Shown here piece by piece: positions 21,521 to 30,148 of a DNA stretch of 64,000 nucleotides (position 1 is its first letter; each line of letters starts with the position of its first letter). Below the pieces are notes generated by a model, which was given only the letters and a program-made list of their open reading frames with translations, had not been told where the DNA came from and did not search any database. This stretch comes from an uncultured virus (IMG/VR IMGVR_UViG_3300022752_000050). Taxonomy: Duplodnaviria; Heunggongvirae; Uroviricota; Caudoviricetes. The stretch is from the IMG/VR virus record IMGVR_UViG_3300022752_000050. One strand, 5' to 3'. The translations under genes were made by a program, and so were the position numbers.

Positions 21521-21543
21521 GCAGAGGATTACCAGTCCTCTGC
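21513..21543 (-). terminator. Rho-independent terminator ending the early array
   Basis: GCAGAGGA-loop-TCCTCTGC plus T8. Confidence 0.8.
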
Positions 21544-21930
21544 CTATAACCCACTCACCACTATCTTGAGAATTATCTATACTCTATCGGAGTAACTTTT
21601 GATTGTAGATGAGGCAAACTCCTTCCTCTTTTAGGCATTAAACAAGATAAGATTTAGAACCGCAAGAGAGATAGAAACTCACCATAGATTCCGCTTCTGC
21701 AAGAGTATTAAACCATTGCGATCTCCACTCCAAATTGTTATACGGAACTTGGTAACGAACTTCATAACGAATCATGAGAATTAACCTTGATAAAGTGATA
21801 CTGAATGAGAGAACTTGTAACCAGCAAGATGACCAAAGTTTTGAGTCATTGCTTGATACTCAGACCTTGCAATAATCGTCTTAATGTGATTCGTATTGCA
21901 GTGTTGGAAGATATACTTTTTCATGAGATT

Positions 21931-22242
21931 TCAGTTGAGTTTGATACCATTACCAAAAGGAAGATCACCATCCTTTGTTGATACAAACCATTGGAAGTTC
22001 TTTTGATAAACAGACTCGCAATTCCCATGCTCTTTGAGAATAGCATTGAGACGTGATTTGGTGGTATATGTTTGATACCCACCATCGAACAATTCCAACC
22101 ATGTATCACCAATCATTGCAATCAGATTGCTATACAGATAAACAAAAGATACACCTTCGATATTAACAACTTGAGTGTTGTCTTTTTTCCAATCAGTTTC
22201 GGTACTGATTGCATCATTCATTTGGCGTTCGATGAGTCGCAT
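21931..22242 (-). CDS. Hypothetical phage protein
   Basis: 103 aa; DGGYQTYTTKSRLNA motif; first gene after R2. Confidence 0.7.
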   Translation of the reverse strand: MRLIERQMNDAISTETDWKKDNTQVVNIEGVSFVYLYSNLIAMIGDTWLELFDGGYQTYTTKSRLNAILKEHGNCESVYQKNFQWFVSTKDGDLPFGNGIKLN

Positions 22243-22265
22243 TGTGGTTTGGTGAAAGTGGTTAC

Positions 22266-22296
22266 ACTATAGGGACACTTTGGAGGATCCAAGTTA
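22266..22296 (-). repeat. 31-bp element R2 (consensus)
   Basis: Identical to R1. Confidence 0.97.
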
Positions 22297-22592
22297 GTAA
22301 CTCTTACGATTTCACTCTTGAGTATCGCAAAACTCCATCAGAAAGTAATCAACAGAAACACCTAATTCTTGTGCTTGAGAGACTACATCCAGATAAACAT
22401 TTTCAGGTAAAATGTGATAATCAGTTTCAATCATGATCAGAAATGTTCCAAACAGTGAAGGGAGTGTGAGTGATCAAACCAGCGCGGACTTGTGCGCGAT
22501 AGGATTCTTCTGCTTGCAAACGTTGAGTGTATGCTGAGAGTGCAAGTTGGACTGCAGAATCATTCTTTGCAGTATCATTCAGAATATACATA

Positions 22593-22775
22593 TCAGTTAC
22601 CGAAGAAAGCATCAAACTCATCAGCAATCTGATCAATCAATTCATCAGTTGCATCCAGGTTAAAAGTATAACAAACCCAGTCAACTGCATCATTCAGATC
22701 AGTGAAGTTGTTGCAAAGAAAGTCACGCAGATCAGGTGCGATTTCAGAGTTAAAGTCGATTTGAGTGTTGTTCAT
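22593..22775 (-). CDS. Hypothetical protein (start abuts R3)
   Basis: MNNTQIDFNSEIAPDL... Confidence 0.55.
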   Translation of the reverse strand: MNNTQIDFNSEIAPDLRDFLCNNFTDLNDAVDWVCYTFNLDATDELIDQIADEFDAFFGN

Positions 22776-22806
22776 ACTATAGGGACACTTTCGAGAATCC
22801 AAGTTA
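22776..22806 (-). repeat. 31-bp element R3
   Basis: 2 mismatches to consensus. Confidence 0.95.
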
Positions 22807-22834
22807 CTGATGCGAAAAGGATTAGGTAGGGAGA

Positions 22835-23029
22835 TCATCTCAGAATGTGACGATAATCAATGGATTTGATACACCATCCAGTTGCACATGTGATCTCTTC
22901 AACTAGATCTTCCTCATTATCTGCCTCCCAGATCTGACCAATCGTTTCATCAATGATCTGTTGTTGCTCACTTTCATCCCAGACGTAAGAGTCAAAATCA
23001 AACTCAATTTCAGTAACTTGGAATTGCAT
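22835..23029 (-). CDS. Hypothetical acidic protein
   Basis: 64 aa; EDLVEEITCATGWCI. Confidence 0.65.
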   Translation of the reverse strand: MQFQVTEIEFDFDSYVWDESEQQQIIDETIGQIWEADNEEDLVEEITCATGWCIKSIDYRHILR

Positions 23030-23186
23030 AATCAGTTCAGTTGGTTAAAGTTATCGACTACAATTTGGCAGGCAAGATCTTTAACTTCATCAAGATAATC
23101 AACCTCACCAAATTGTGATTCAAGAAGACAAATCAAATCTTCTTGAAGTTGCTCACGAACAGAAAGAATGTCAGTGGTGTTCATCA

Positions 23187-23357
23187 TCAATCAACAACAG
23201 AGTAACAAGCAACAGAGGAAGGGATGCCAGAAAGTGCTAACGAACCGTTGCGATCATCAGCATAATCTTGTGCTTCTTCTTCAGTGTAGAAAGGTCCAAT
23301 ATACTCAGGAGAATCGAGTGCATCGGATACGAAACGGACGGTGAAGGTTTTGCTCAT
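23187..23357 (-). CDS. Hypothetical protein (start abuts R4)
   Basis: MSKTFTVRF...IGPFYTEEEAQDYAD. Confidence 0.55.
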   Translation of the reverse strand: MSKTFTVRFVSDALDSPEYIGPFYTEEEAQDYADDRNGSLALSGIPSSVACYSVVD

Positions 23358-23388
23358 ACTATAGGGACACTTTGGAGGATCCAAGTTA
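23358..23388 (-). repeat. 31-bp element R4 (consensus)
   Basis: Identical to R1; upstream TGA 3 nt away. Confidence 0.97.
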
Positions 23389-23391
23389 CTA

Positions 23392-23535
23392 TCATCGAAA
23401 AACAGGATTGACACCAATCACCTTGGCAGTCGGATTACGCGACAGTGCTGTTGCTTTTGCATCCTGATTGTTGACTGCCTCTACACTTTCAGTGAAGACT
23501 TTGCCGCCAACGTAGAGTTTAACTTCGTACTTCAT
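23392..23535 (-). CDS. Small hypothetical protein, 47 aa (not in ORF track)
   Basis: MKYEVKLYVGGKVFTESVEAVNNQDAKATALSRNPTAKVIGVNPVFR. Confidence 0.65.
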   Translation of the reverse strand: MKYEVKLYVGGKVFTESVEAVNNQDAKATALSRNPTAKVIGVNPVFR

Positions 23536-23541
23536 AATCAA

Positions 23542-23820
23542 TCAAACCAGAGTAAGTTCTTGAGCAGGTTGCACAGAATAGGTGAAACGTTTTGCAGTAA
23601 TCGAAACAGCAGAAGATTGAGCACCCAATTCATCAACAACTTCCCAAAAGTCTTCACCTTCTTCGATTACAACATAACCGAAAGTTCCAGGTTGTGAAAG
23701 TTGCTTACGTCCACACTGTTTTGCATCATTCAAATCGTCGAATCGCTCTTTACGATTCCACCAACCCAAACGTGCTACATCTTCACTCGGACCGAAAGAG
23801 ATTGTGATAAAGTCAGACAT
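23542..23820 (-). CDS. Hypothetical protein
   Basis: 92-aa ORF in a tightly packed array. Confidence 0.6.
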   Translation of the reverse strand: MSDFITISFGPSEDVARLGWWNRKERFDDLNDAKQCGRKQLSQPGTFGYVVIEEGEDFWEVVDELGAQSSAVSITAKRFTYSVQPAQELTLV

Positions 23821-24172
23821 GATTTAGATAGAAGGTTCGACAGAGATTTCTTTGATGTTTAATCCACAGAGTTGATTGTAGACTCGATTGAGTATCAGTT
23901 TGTCCGCAGTCTTTGCTTTGGATTTCTCATACCAAATCGTGACACATCCATCGTAGGTTTCAACTTGGACACGATAGTTGTTCATCATTTTGCAGGATAA
24001 ATGCAGGAACTAATATGTCCAGGAGTTTGCAAGATTTGTCCTCCTTTTGCTGCACACTGTGCTTCAAGTTTTGGGTTGGTAACTGATAACATACCAACCG
24101 CAATCAAGAGAAGAAAAATACCAGCACCAAAAGTAAGAAAAACTTCAGTCCAAGTTGTGTTGTTGTTCATAA

Positions 24173-24412
24173 TCAGTACAGGAGAGAGAATGAACCACAG
24201 AAGCGACGAACCCACTGGAGAGTATCATAATGGGAACGCGGTTTGCTCATCACCATGCTAGTATTCTTCTCAGGATTGAGAGCAATCGCAACATATTGAT
24301 GACCACATTCTTGCCATTCAGGTGTCACTTGCTGAATGAACATTTGGCAGACTTTGCCTTCTTTCCAGTTGGTCGTGTAGTGAAAGACTTCAGTCATTTG
24401 GGTAGTGCTCAT
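24173..24412 (-). CDS. Hypothetical protein (start abuts R5, or at the second Met)
   Basis: MSTTQMTEVFHYTT... Confidence 0.55.
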   Translation of the reverse strand: MSTTQMTEVFHYTTNWKEGKVCQMFIQQVTPEWQECGHQYVAIALNPEKNTSMVMSKPRSHYDTLQWVRRFCGSFSLLY

Positions 24413-24443
24413 ACTATAGGGACACTTTCGAGGATCCAAGTTA
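24413..24443 (-). repeat. 31-bp element R5
   Basis: 1 mismatch to consensus. Confidence 0.96.
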
Positions 24444-24450
24444 CTAACTC

Positions 24451-24705
24451 TTACCAAGTCCCGCGCTGAATGTGAATCTTTTTGATTTCGCTATAAATGA
24501 ACTGACGAAGTTTAGGTTCGGAAGTGTGATCAAAAGCATAATAAAGACGATTCAGATACTCATTCTGTGTTGCACCAATGTTACCATTTCCACCAAGATC
24601 ATTGAGTGAAGAACCTCCGATAGATTTTCTCCTGCCGAAGTTTCCTGTGATGTTACCAGATGTTCTCAGTTTAGGGCGAATCTTTGAGAGATTAGAATAT
24701 GTCAT
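24451..24705 (-). CDS. Hypothetical basic protein
   Basis: 84 aa; ATGA overlap with the upstream gene. Confidence 0.65.
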   Translation of the reverse strand: MTYSNLSKIRPKLRTSGNITGNFGRRKSIGGSSLNDLGGNGNIGATQNEYLNRLYYAFDHTSEPKLRQFIYSEIKKIHIQRGTW

Positions 24706-24896
24706 CGGGGAAACTTGTGATTACAATCAGGGCACATAAAGTATGCAGTTCGATCTACATCACAATCATAACATCCAATCACACGACTATAGAAATACGG
24801 TGGAGAATAGTTTTCCCAGTATTGTTGTGGAATGAGTTTATCAACCCAATTAGCACCACATTCAGGACAATTCTCAAGTTTTGTGATGTCAGTCAT
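24702..24896 (-). CDS. Zinc-ribbon-like small protein
   Basis: CPEC...CPDC pairs; ATGA overlaps. Confidence 0.65.
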   Translation of the reverse strand: MTDITKLENCPECGANWVDKLIPQQYWENYSPPYFYSRVIGCYDCDVDRTAYFMCPDCNHKFPR

Positions 24897-25120
24897 CGTG
24901 CAATAATGTCCAGAGACTCCAACAGCATCAGAGCAAGTTCTATCTGATTTTCCTCATCAACCACAGGAATGTTTGCATCAACGAACTCACTTGCAAGTTG
25001 ACTAAAGAGTTCAGTTGTTCGCTCATCTGCAAATACAAATGTAGCAAACTCATTCTTAAACCCATCACGGAGAAGTTTGAGAGACTTTGTGACAGTTAGT
25101 TCGTTAATTGTGTCGTTCAT
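24893..25120 (-). CDS. Hypothetical protein
   Basis: 75 aa; ATGA overlaps. Confidence 0.65.
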   Translation of the reverse strand: MNDTINELTVTKSLKLLRDGFKNEFATFVFADERTTELFSQLASEFVDANIPVVDEENQIELALMLLESLDIIAR

Positions 25121-25368
25121 TTTACAGCGTAAATTGTGTCAAGTTGAGTTTTAATCAAGAGACCAGATGCTTTTGCTTTACGAACTGCCATTCTAATGCT
25201 TGTTTGTTCTGCTTTGGATTCTGCTCCTAATGTATCATACAAATCGTCATGAAGACGAATGTATTTTACACCTTTCTTGATGAGAGCATTGATAATCAAA
25301 GTTGCAGCAACATCAAACGCAGCAACATAATCGCCAGAAGTAGAAGTCTTAAAAGAATACATAATCAC
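25117..25368 (-). CDS. Hypothetical protein
   Basis: 83 aa; overlapping neighbours. Confidence 0.55.
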   Translation of the reverse strand: MIMYSFKTSTSGDYVAAFDVAATLIINALIKKGVKYIRLHDDLYDTLGAESKAEQTSIRMAVRKAKASGLLIKTQLDTIYAVK

Positions 25369-25796
25369 TTCGCGTACAGATAACCACCTGCCCAGTCAGC
25401 ATGTTCCAGCAACCATTCACGTTGCTCAATCAATCGCAGGTCATAACGAACACCTTTGGCAGGTGCTTTCCAAGATGCAGACTTATACACTTCACCAGTC
25501 TTTTTATCCACAAAAGCATGAACAGAGCGAGAACCAGCAGCGTTCATGATAATTTTGTGATACTTTCTACCAGTCTCAGGATAGAAATCATAGTCACAAA
25601 TACCTTGCTTGAGTTTCTCAATGCAGGCATCATGATACTCTACATCAGACGTGCGAAGTTGATGAGATTTGATACTATAATCAATGTAATTCTGACGCAG
25701 TGCTTCACACAATGCGTAAGTATGTGCTAGAACAGCATTAGCAATGTTTTCTCTTGCTTCCTGCTGTGCAGCATAATCAGCGAAGGTAGTTGTCAT
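25365..25796 (-). CDS. Conserved phage hypothetical protein
   Basis: GRKYHKI...SVHAFVDKKTGEVYKSASWKAPAKGVRY motif. Confidence 0.75.
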   Translation of the reverse strand: MTTTFADYAAQQEARENIANAVLAHTYALCEALRQNYIDYSIKSHQLRTSDVEYHDACIEKLKQGICDYDFYPETGRKYHKIIMNAAGSRSVHAFVDKKTGEVYKSASWKAPAKGVRYDLRLIEQREWLLEHADWAGGYLYAK

Positions 25797-25798
25797 AA

Positions 25799-25966
25799 TC
25801 AGAGACCAAGATCAACGGGAATGGTAATCCAAACTGCACGATCAGTTCCAATAGTGAACTGATTGCACCAGACAAAATGAGTCGCTTCTTGATTTGACAT
25901 GTTATGATTGTCCATCAAAAAGTTGACTGCTTCAGTGAAAAATTGAAATCGGTGTGTGTTGTTCAT
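25799..25966 (-). CDS. Hypothetical protein (start abuts R6)
   Basis: MNNTHRFQFFTEAVNFLM... Confidence 0.5.
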   Translation of the reverse strand: MNNTHRFQFFTEAVNFLMDNHNMSNQEATHFVWCNQFTIGTDRAVWITIPVDLGL

Positions 25967-25997
25967 ACTATAGGGACACTTTGGAGGATCCAAGTTA
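25967..25997 (-). repeat. 31-bp element R6 (consensus)
   Basis: Identical to R1. Confidence 0.97.
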
Positions 25998-26011
25998 CCA
26001 ACTCTTTGCAA

Positions 26012-26099
26012 GATAAATACTTTGCCTGGTTTGTGTGGTAACTTCTCAGGTAGGGGAGATTTTAGGATCTCCTCTCATAAATAATAAAACCACACAAAC
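26012..26099 (+). promoter_or_regulatory. Two late promoters and nested hairpins upstream of the HNH gene
   Basis: GATAAATA 26012-26019 and CATAAATA 26076-26083; perfect 11-bp inverted repeat 26029-26039/26089-26099; inner GGAGAT/ATCTCC stem. Confidence 0.55.
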
Positions 26100-26108
26100 A
26101 TAGAGCAG

Positions 26109-26591
26109 ATGAAAGAACATCCTGCCCATAAGGGTTACTTTATCACGGAAGATGGTAGAGTATTTAATTGTAACAAATTGATGGGCAAATCAGGTGGAGG
26201 AACTTATAGTGTTGTTGACTATAAAAATCCAAAAGAGTTGCAAGGTTATGATCTAAATGGTTATCGGTTCTTTTCTATAAAGAATAGATCAGTTGGAGGA
26301 TACAGATTAGTTGCTGAAACTTACATTCCAAATCCAAATAATTTGGAAGAAGTTAATCACATTGATAGAAACAAAAGTAATAATCACGCAAGCAACTTAG
26401 AGTGGATTACTAAGAAAGATAACTTAGCAGATGCTCACGCAAAAACATACAAATTAAAAAATCCTAATGGTGAAATAATAATAGTTACGAATTTGAGAAG
26501 ATGGTGTAAAGAAAACTCAATTCACGAAAGTCATTTATGGGGAAGAGGTAAAAGTAAAGGATTTACACTGATTGAAACCTTCCAGAGTTAA
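26109..26591 (+). CDS. Free-standing HNH homing endonuclease (NUMOD4/HNH_3 type)
   Basis: HPAHKGYFITEDGRV; RLVAETYIPNPNNLEEVNHIDRNKSNNHASNLEWIT; only convincing plus-strand gene. Confidence 0.85.
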   Translation: MKEHPAHKGYFITEDGRVFNCNKLMGKSGGGTYSVVDYKNPKELQGYDLNGYRFFSIKNRSVGGYRLVAETYIPNPNNLEEVNHIDRNKSNNHASNLEWITKKDNLADAHAKTYKLKNPNGEIIIVTNLRRWCKENSIHESHLWGRGKSKGFTLIETFQS

Positions 26592-27456
26592 AGTTAGCAT
26601 AAGAAAAGACCTCCCTGTTAATAAGTTTAAACATACCAAACTCATTCGTCATCACATAACCTTCTGAATCAATTCTGTCGTATCCGATGTATGCTGCAGG
26701 ACCATCATTTCGGCACAGGAACAAACAATCCTCCTTGATTGACTTGATCAGCAACCAGAACTCAATCAGCAGATGATCACAATCAAACTCTTTCGGATTG
26801 ATGTCACGACCTTCACGAATACAAGCATTAAGTTGTTTCTCAATCTTCTTTGCTTCCTTGTTAGAAACAAAGTTGACCAGAGTAGACATTTGACGGGCAA
26901 ATGCACAGACTTCCTCTACATCAGCAAACGATTCTTGACCATGCTGAATGTATGCTTCAGGTTTCACAAACTTGACGCGAGCAGTATCAATCCACAGATA
27001 AAAATCAGGTTGTGCTACAGCATCGCGCAGATCTTTCTTTGCAATGTAACAAGTATGAGGTGCAATAATGATGTTTTGCTCTACAATCTCTGGAAACTTG
27101 TAGGTGATAGTATTTGGTTTGTATTCGTCTTTACCACCAAACCCGATAAAGTCTGCTTGCACAATACCAGCAATGCGAGGTAGATTGTCGAAGCAAGCAT
27201 GAAGAATCTCTGCTACATTTCCAGTGTGATTCGCATCAATATCCTCATGCGATTCGTTGATCTTGATTTTTACTTTGTTAAAGACACTTTTGGTGCCCAC
27301 AAAGAATCGACCAGTTGCAGGATTTGTACCAAAAACTAATGCAGGAGCACCATCAATCTTGACAGACAGATTACCTTTGGCAGTGAACCAATTCAGCACA
27401 GACATATCGCCCGTGAGAATAGAATCTTCAGGATGTTGTAGGTGAGTGTTCTTCAT
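26563..27456 (-). CDS. Conserved T4-like cyanophage protein (DUF6267-like) with ligase-type motifs
   Basis: MKNTHLQHPED start abutting R7; SVKIDGAPA, FFVGTKSVFN, VQADF, EGYV, FKLINR. Confidence 0.7.
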   Translation of the reverse strand: MKNTHLQHPEDSILTGDMSVLNWFTAKGNLSVKIDGAPALVFGTNPATGRFFVGTKSVFNKVKIKINESHEDIDANHTGNVAEILHACFDNLPRIAGIVQADFIGFGGKDEYKPNTITYKFPEIVEQNIIIAPHTCYIAKKDLRDAVAQPDFYLWIDTARVKFVKPEAYIQHGQESFADVEEVCAFARQMSTLVNFVSNKEAKKIEKQLNACIREGRDINPKEFDCDHLLIEFWLLIKSIKEDCLFLCRNDGPAAYIGYDRIDSEGYVMTNEFGMFKLINREVFSYANFNSGRFQSV

Positions 27457-27487
27457 ACTATAGGGACACTTTGGAGGATCCAAGTTA
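27457..27487 (-). repeat. 31-bp element R7 (consensus)
   Basis: Identical to R1. Confidence 0.97.
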
Positions 27488-27496
27488 AGATACCAT

Positions 27497-27521
27497 AAAA
27501 AAAGAGGACTTAAGTCCTCTT
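27497..27521 (-). terminator. Rho-independent terminator just upstream of R7
   Basis: AGAGGAC-TTAA-GTCCTCT plus T run. Confidence 0.75.
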
Positions 27522-27532
27522 GCAACAGTTAT

Positions 27533-27775
27533 TTAACTGGCATACTTGGCACGAACTTGTTGATATTGAGAAACAACATAATTCAGTGCGCTTTTCACAT
27601 AAGGAGCAACAGTTTGAGTAACTTTGCTCAGATCATCACGAAGTTTGTTGACTTCATACTGATGGATTTGCCAGCGAATTTTAATGTCTTGGAAGTATTG
27701 TTCCCGAGTAATAATAACTTCAGGAACTTTCACCTCAGCAACAACATTAACGGTTTGCTTGCGATTGCGGGTCAT
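27533..27775 (-). CDS. Hypothetical protein
   Basis: MTRNRKQTV...; first ATG after R8. Confidence 0.65.
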   Translation of the reverse strand: MTRNRKQTVNVVAEVKVPEVIITREQYFQDIKIRWQIHQYEVNKLRDDLSKVTQTVAPYVKSALNYVVSQYQQVRAKYAS

Positions 27776-27793
27776 GCAGACCTTGTGAACTAC

Positions 27794-27824
27794 ACTATAG
27801 GAACACTTTAGAGGATCCAAGTTA
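27794..27824 (-). repeat. 31-bp element R8
   Basis: 2 mismatches; upstream TAA 3 nt away. Confidence 0.95.
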
Positions 27825-27827
27825 GTA

Positions 27828-28049
27828 TTACAAAGGAAGTTTTGCTACGCTTTTACCTTTCTTGTGAGCATCAATAAACTTTCGTGCAGAACTTTCGGTT
27901 CTACACACTTTCAGTTGTTGCCCATTGTGTATAATCATTAGTTGCTTGCCAAATGGTACAACAGCGTATTCCCAATTCTTACCAACAACGAAACCGATTG
28001 GTCCTGGGTTAGCATCAAGAATGTTAGAGTTTGTTGGTTGATTCATCAA
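27828..28049 (-). CDS. Hypothetical protein
   Basis: 73 aa; overlaps the helicase stop. Confidence 0.65.
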   Translation of the reverse strand: MMNQPTNSNILDANPGPIGFVVGKNWEYAVVPFGKQLMIIHNGQQLKVCRTESSARKFIDAHKKGKSVAKLPL

Positions 28050-29278
28050 CGCCTCACAACAGATACAGCAGGTTCACCTTTAGTAAAGATGGTATCAACA
28101 ACTGCTTGAACTTTACGGGCAGTAGAGATACCAACAGAAGTATAAACTGGAATTACACACAGAGCGAAAGATTTGGTATATTGACCCAGTGCTCCAGGTT
28201 GAATCTTACCATCAGCAAGACCTTTAGCATCATCGTGATGCAATCTTACAATCCGCCCAATGCTTTGTGCAATTCCAATATAATCCATTGGACGCATAAA
28301 GATTACTGCTTCAAGTCCACTAACAGAAATACCCTCACTAATGATAGAATGGTGAATAACTACAAACTTTTTAGAGTTATCTTTACCCCAGGCATTTAGC
28401 GTATCAAAAAATTGCTCTCGGTTGACTTTTTTACCATCAATAATTGCACCAGTGCGACTTGTAATCACCATCCAAGAATAACCACGGTCTTTCAACTCTT
28501 TGCAGAAGTCAGTTTCAGAAATCAGACCAATAATTTGCTTGGTAGTTTTAGCACAAACAAGAACTTTACCAACCTTATAGTCATCAATCGTTTCCATCAG
28601 ATTCTCTGCATCACGGTCAAAAATGACCTGACGACCTTTAACCATAGGAAGTTGCTTGACTTCTACTTTAGGTGGAACAATGTATCCACCACGAACCATC
28701 TCTGGACCAGAAACATTTGCAATGATTTGCCCATAGACTTCACTCCAATTCATTCCAGGTTTACCGACAACATTGGAGTTTTTAGGAGTTGCAGTATAGG
28801 AATAGAACCTTTTTGCAGTCTTTGAAAAATACTCAACAGCAGGAAAGAAGTGCTTTTGAACCGAATTATGTGCCTCATCTATATGAACAGTATCAACCTC
28901 AATTCCTGCCTGCTGAAGACGAGAGAGAGAATGATAGGTGGTGAAGATAAGTTTGTGCGAATCTTTATGAGTATTCACCCAGTTACGAATCTCATAGGGA
29001 CGAGTAGAAGATTCCCAGTGAGTTTCTCCACTGTGGCAGTGAAATACCTTTGCATTAGTGATAAACTCCAGATACTCGTGAGAGAGTTGCTCTGCAAGCA
29101 AAATGCGAGGAGAAACAACAAAAACAGTTTTAGGAGTTTCTGATGCAAACTCCCGCGCAGTATCAGAAATTCCCACCAGAGTTTTACCTGCACCAGTTAC
29201 AGCACAGATAATACCTTTAGAATACTTAACCATTGCCTTTACGGAACGGTCTTGATGAGGACGAAGAGTAGGAATCAC
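28046..29278 (-). CDS. SF2 DEAH-box helicase (ResIII-like)
   Basis: LRPHQ Q motif, TGAGKT, DEAH, TATP, ISEGIS, QSIGRIVR. Confidence 0.88.
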   Translation of the reverse strand: MIPTLRPHQDRSVKAMVKYSKGIICAVTGAGKTLVGISDTAREFASETPKTVFVVSPRILLAEQLSHEYLEFITNAKVFHCHSGETHWESSTRPYEIRNWVNTHKDSHKLIFTTYHSLSRLQQAGIEVDTVHIDEAHNSVQKHFFPAVEYFSKTAKRFYSYTATPKNSNVVGKPGMNWSEVYGQIIANVSGPEMVRGGYIVPPKVEVKQLPMVKGRQVIFDRDAENLMETIDDYKVGKVLVCAKTTKQIIGLISETDFCKELKDRGYSWMVITSRTGAIIDGKKVNREQFFDTLNAWGKDNSKKFVVIHHSIISEGISVSGLEAVIFMRPMDYIGIAQSIGRIVRLHHDDAKGLADGKIQPGALGQYTKSFALCVIPVYTSVGISTARKVQAVVDTIFTKGEPAVSVVRR

Positions 29279-29466
29279 TGGTTCAGAATGTTGTTAAGAT
29301 CAAGAATAGCAGACTTCATTGCAGAGCGGGAGTATCCTGTAGCATATGGATAACTATGCACATCATCTTCCGATAATGAGTCTACATCATAGCACACGTT
29401 GATTGCATTTTGCAAATCACGAATTATACGCTGCAGGGTATCAACCCTCACATTCACAGTTTCCAT
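29275..29466 (-). CDS. Hypothetical protein
   Basis: 63 aa; YPYATGYSRSAM. Confidence 0.6.
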   Translation of the reverse strand: METVNVRVDTLQRIIRDLQNAINVCYDVDSLSEDDVHSYPYATGYSRSAMKSAILDLNNILNQ

Positions 29467-29503
29467 AATGTTGTAGGCGATTCTAGAGGGGTCTGGTGCT
29501 CAT

Positions 29504-29534
29504 ATCATAGAGACACTTCAGAGGATCCTAGTTA
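29504..29534 (-). repeat. 31-bp element R9 (divergent)
   Basis: atcatagagacacttcagaggatcctagtta, 6 mismatches; upstream TGA 3 nt away. Confidence 0.9.
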
Positions 29535-29537
29535 GAA

Positions 29538-30122
29538 TCAATATGAAGTGTAGCGATTCTTGAGTTGTTTTTCGGATGTTTTTCCTGTTGCCTGAAGAAC
29601 AATATCTCTCAACGTTGCTTCACCCTTTTTCTTCACTGCAAGTCTTTCTTTTCTTGATAATCCAGATGCTTTTGCTGGTTTATAATCAGGATGTGCTTGT
29701 TGTGTTGGTTTCTTTGTAGAAAGAAGTTTAGTTGCTGTTTTCTCTGCTTCTTTTGCTTTTGGTTTTGCTGCTGTTGCAGTTCCACCACCTTTCTTTGCTG
29801 CTGCTCTTGCTTGTGCTGCTCTTCTTCTTTCTTCTTTCGCTGCTGCTAATTGTCTCTCTCTTGCAGATCCACGCTCTTGTGTTGGTTGCTGTTCTCTTTC
29901 AGATCTTTGTCTTTGAGAACCAATATCGCTGCGTGGTTTGTAATCAACGGGTTCCATTTTGCCACCGCCGACTGCTTTCATGCGACGCCTTTCAGGAGTT
30001 GTTTTCTTACGCTTAGCACCAATTCTCCCGCCTTCACCTGTTTTGCGAACTTGAGAGGAAGACATTACACTTGCATCATAAGATGCTTCGGCAAGAATCA
30101 TAAACTCCTGAAAGGTTTTCAT
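29538..30122 (-). CDS. Basic protein with T4 internal-protein-like capsid targeting sequence
   Basis: Begins MKTFQEFMILAE; Lys/Arg-rich; CTAAATA late-type promoter upstream. Confidence 0.6.
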   Translation of the reverse strand: MKTFQEFMILAEASYDASVMSSSQVRKTGEGGRIGAKRKKTTPERRRMKAVGGGKMEPVDYKPRSDIGSQRQRSEREQQPTQERGSARERQLAAAKEERRRAAQARAAAKKGGGTATAAKPKAKEAEKTATKLLSTKKPTQQAHPDYKPAKASGLSRKERLAVKKKGEATLRDIVLQATGKTSEKQLKNRYTSY

Positions 30123-30148
30123 CGTTATCTAAACACTTTTTTTAGTAT

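Noticed and set aside
20854..27820. Shared N-terminal peptide (N)LDPPKCPYS in several ORF-track proteins
   Set aside because: It is the translated repeat, picked up from a TTG or upstream start; real starts are at or after the ATG following the element.
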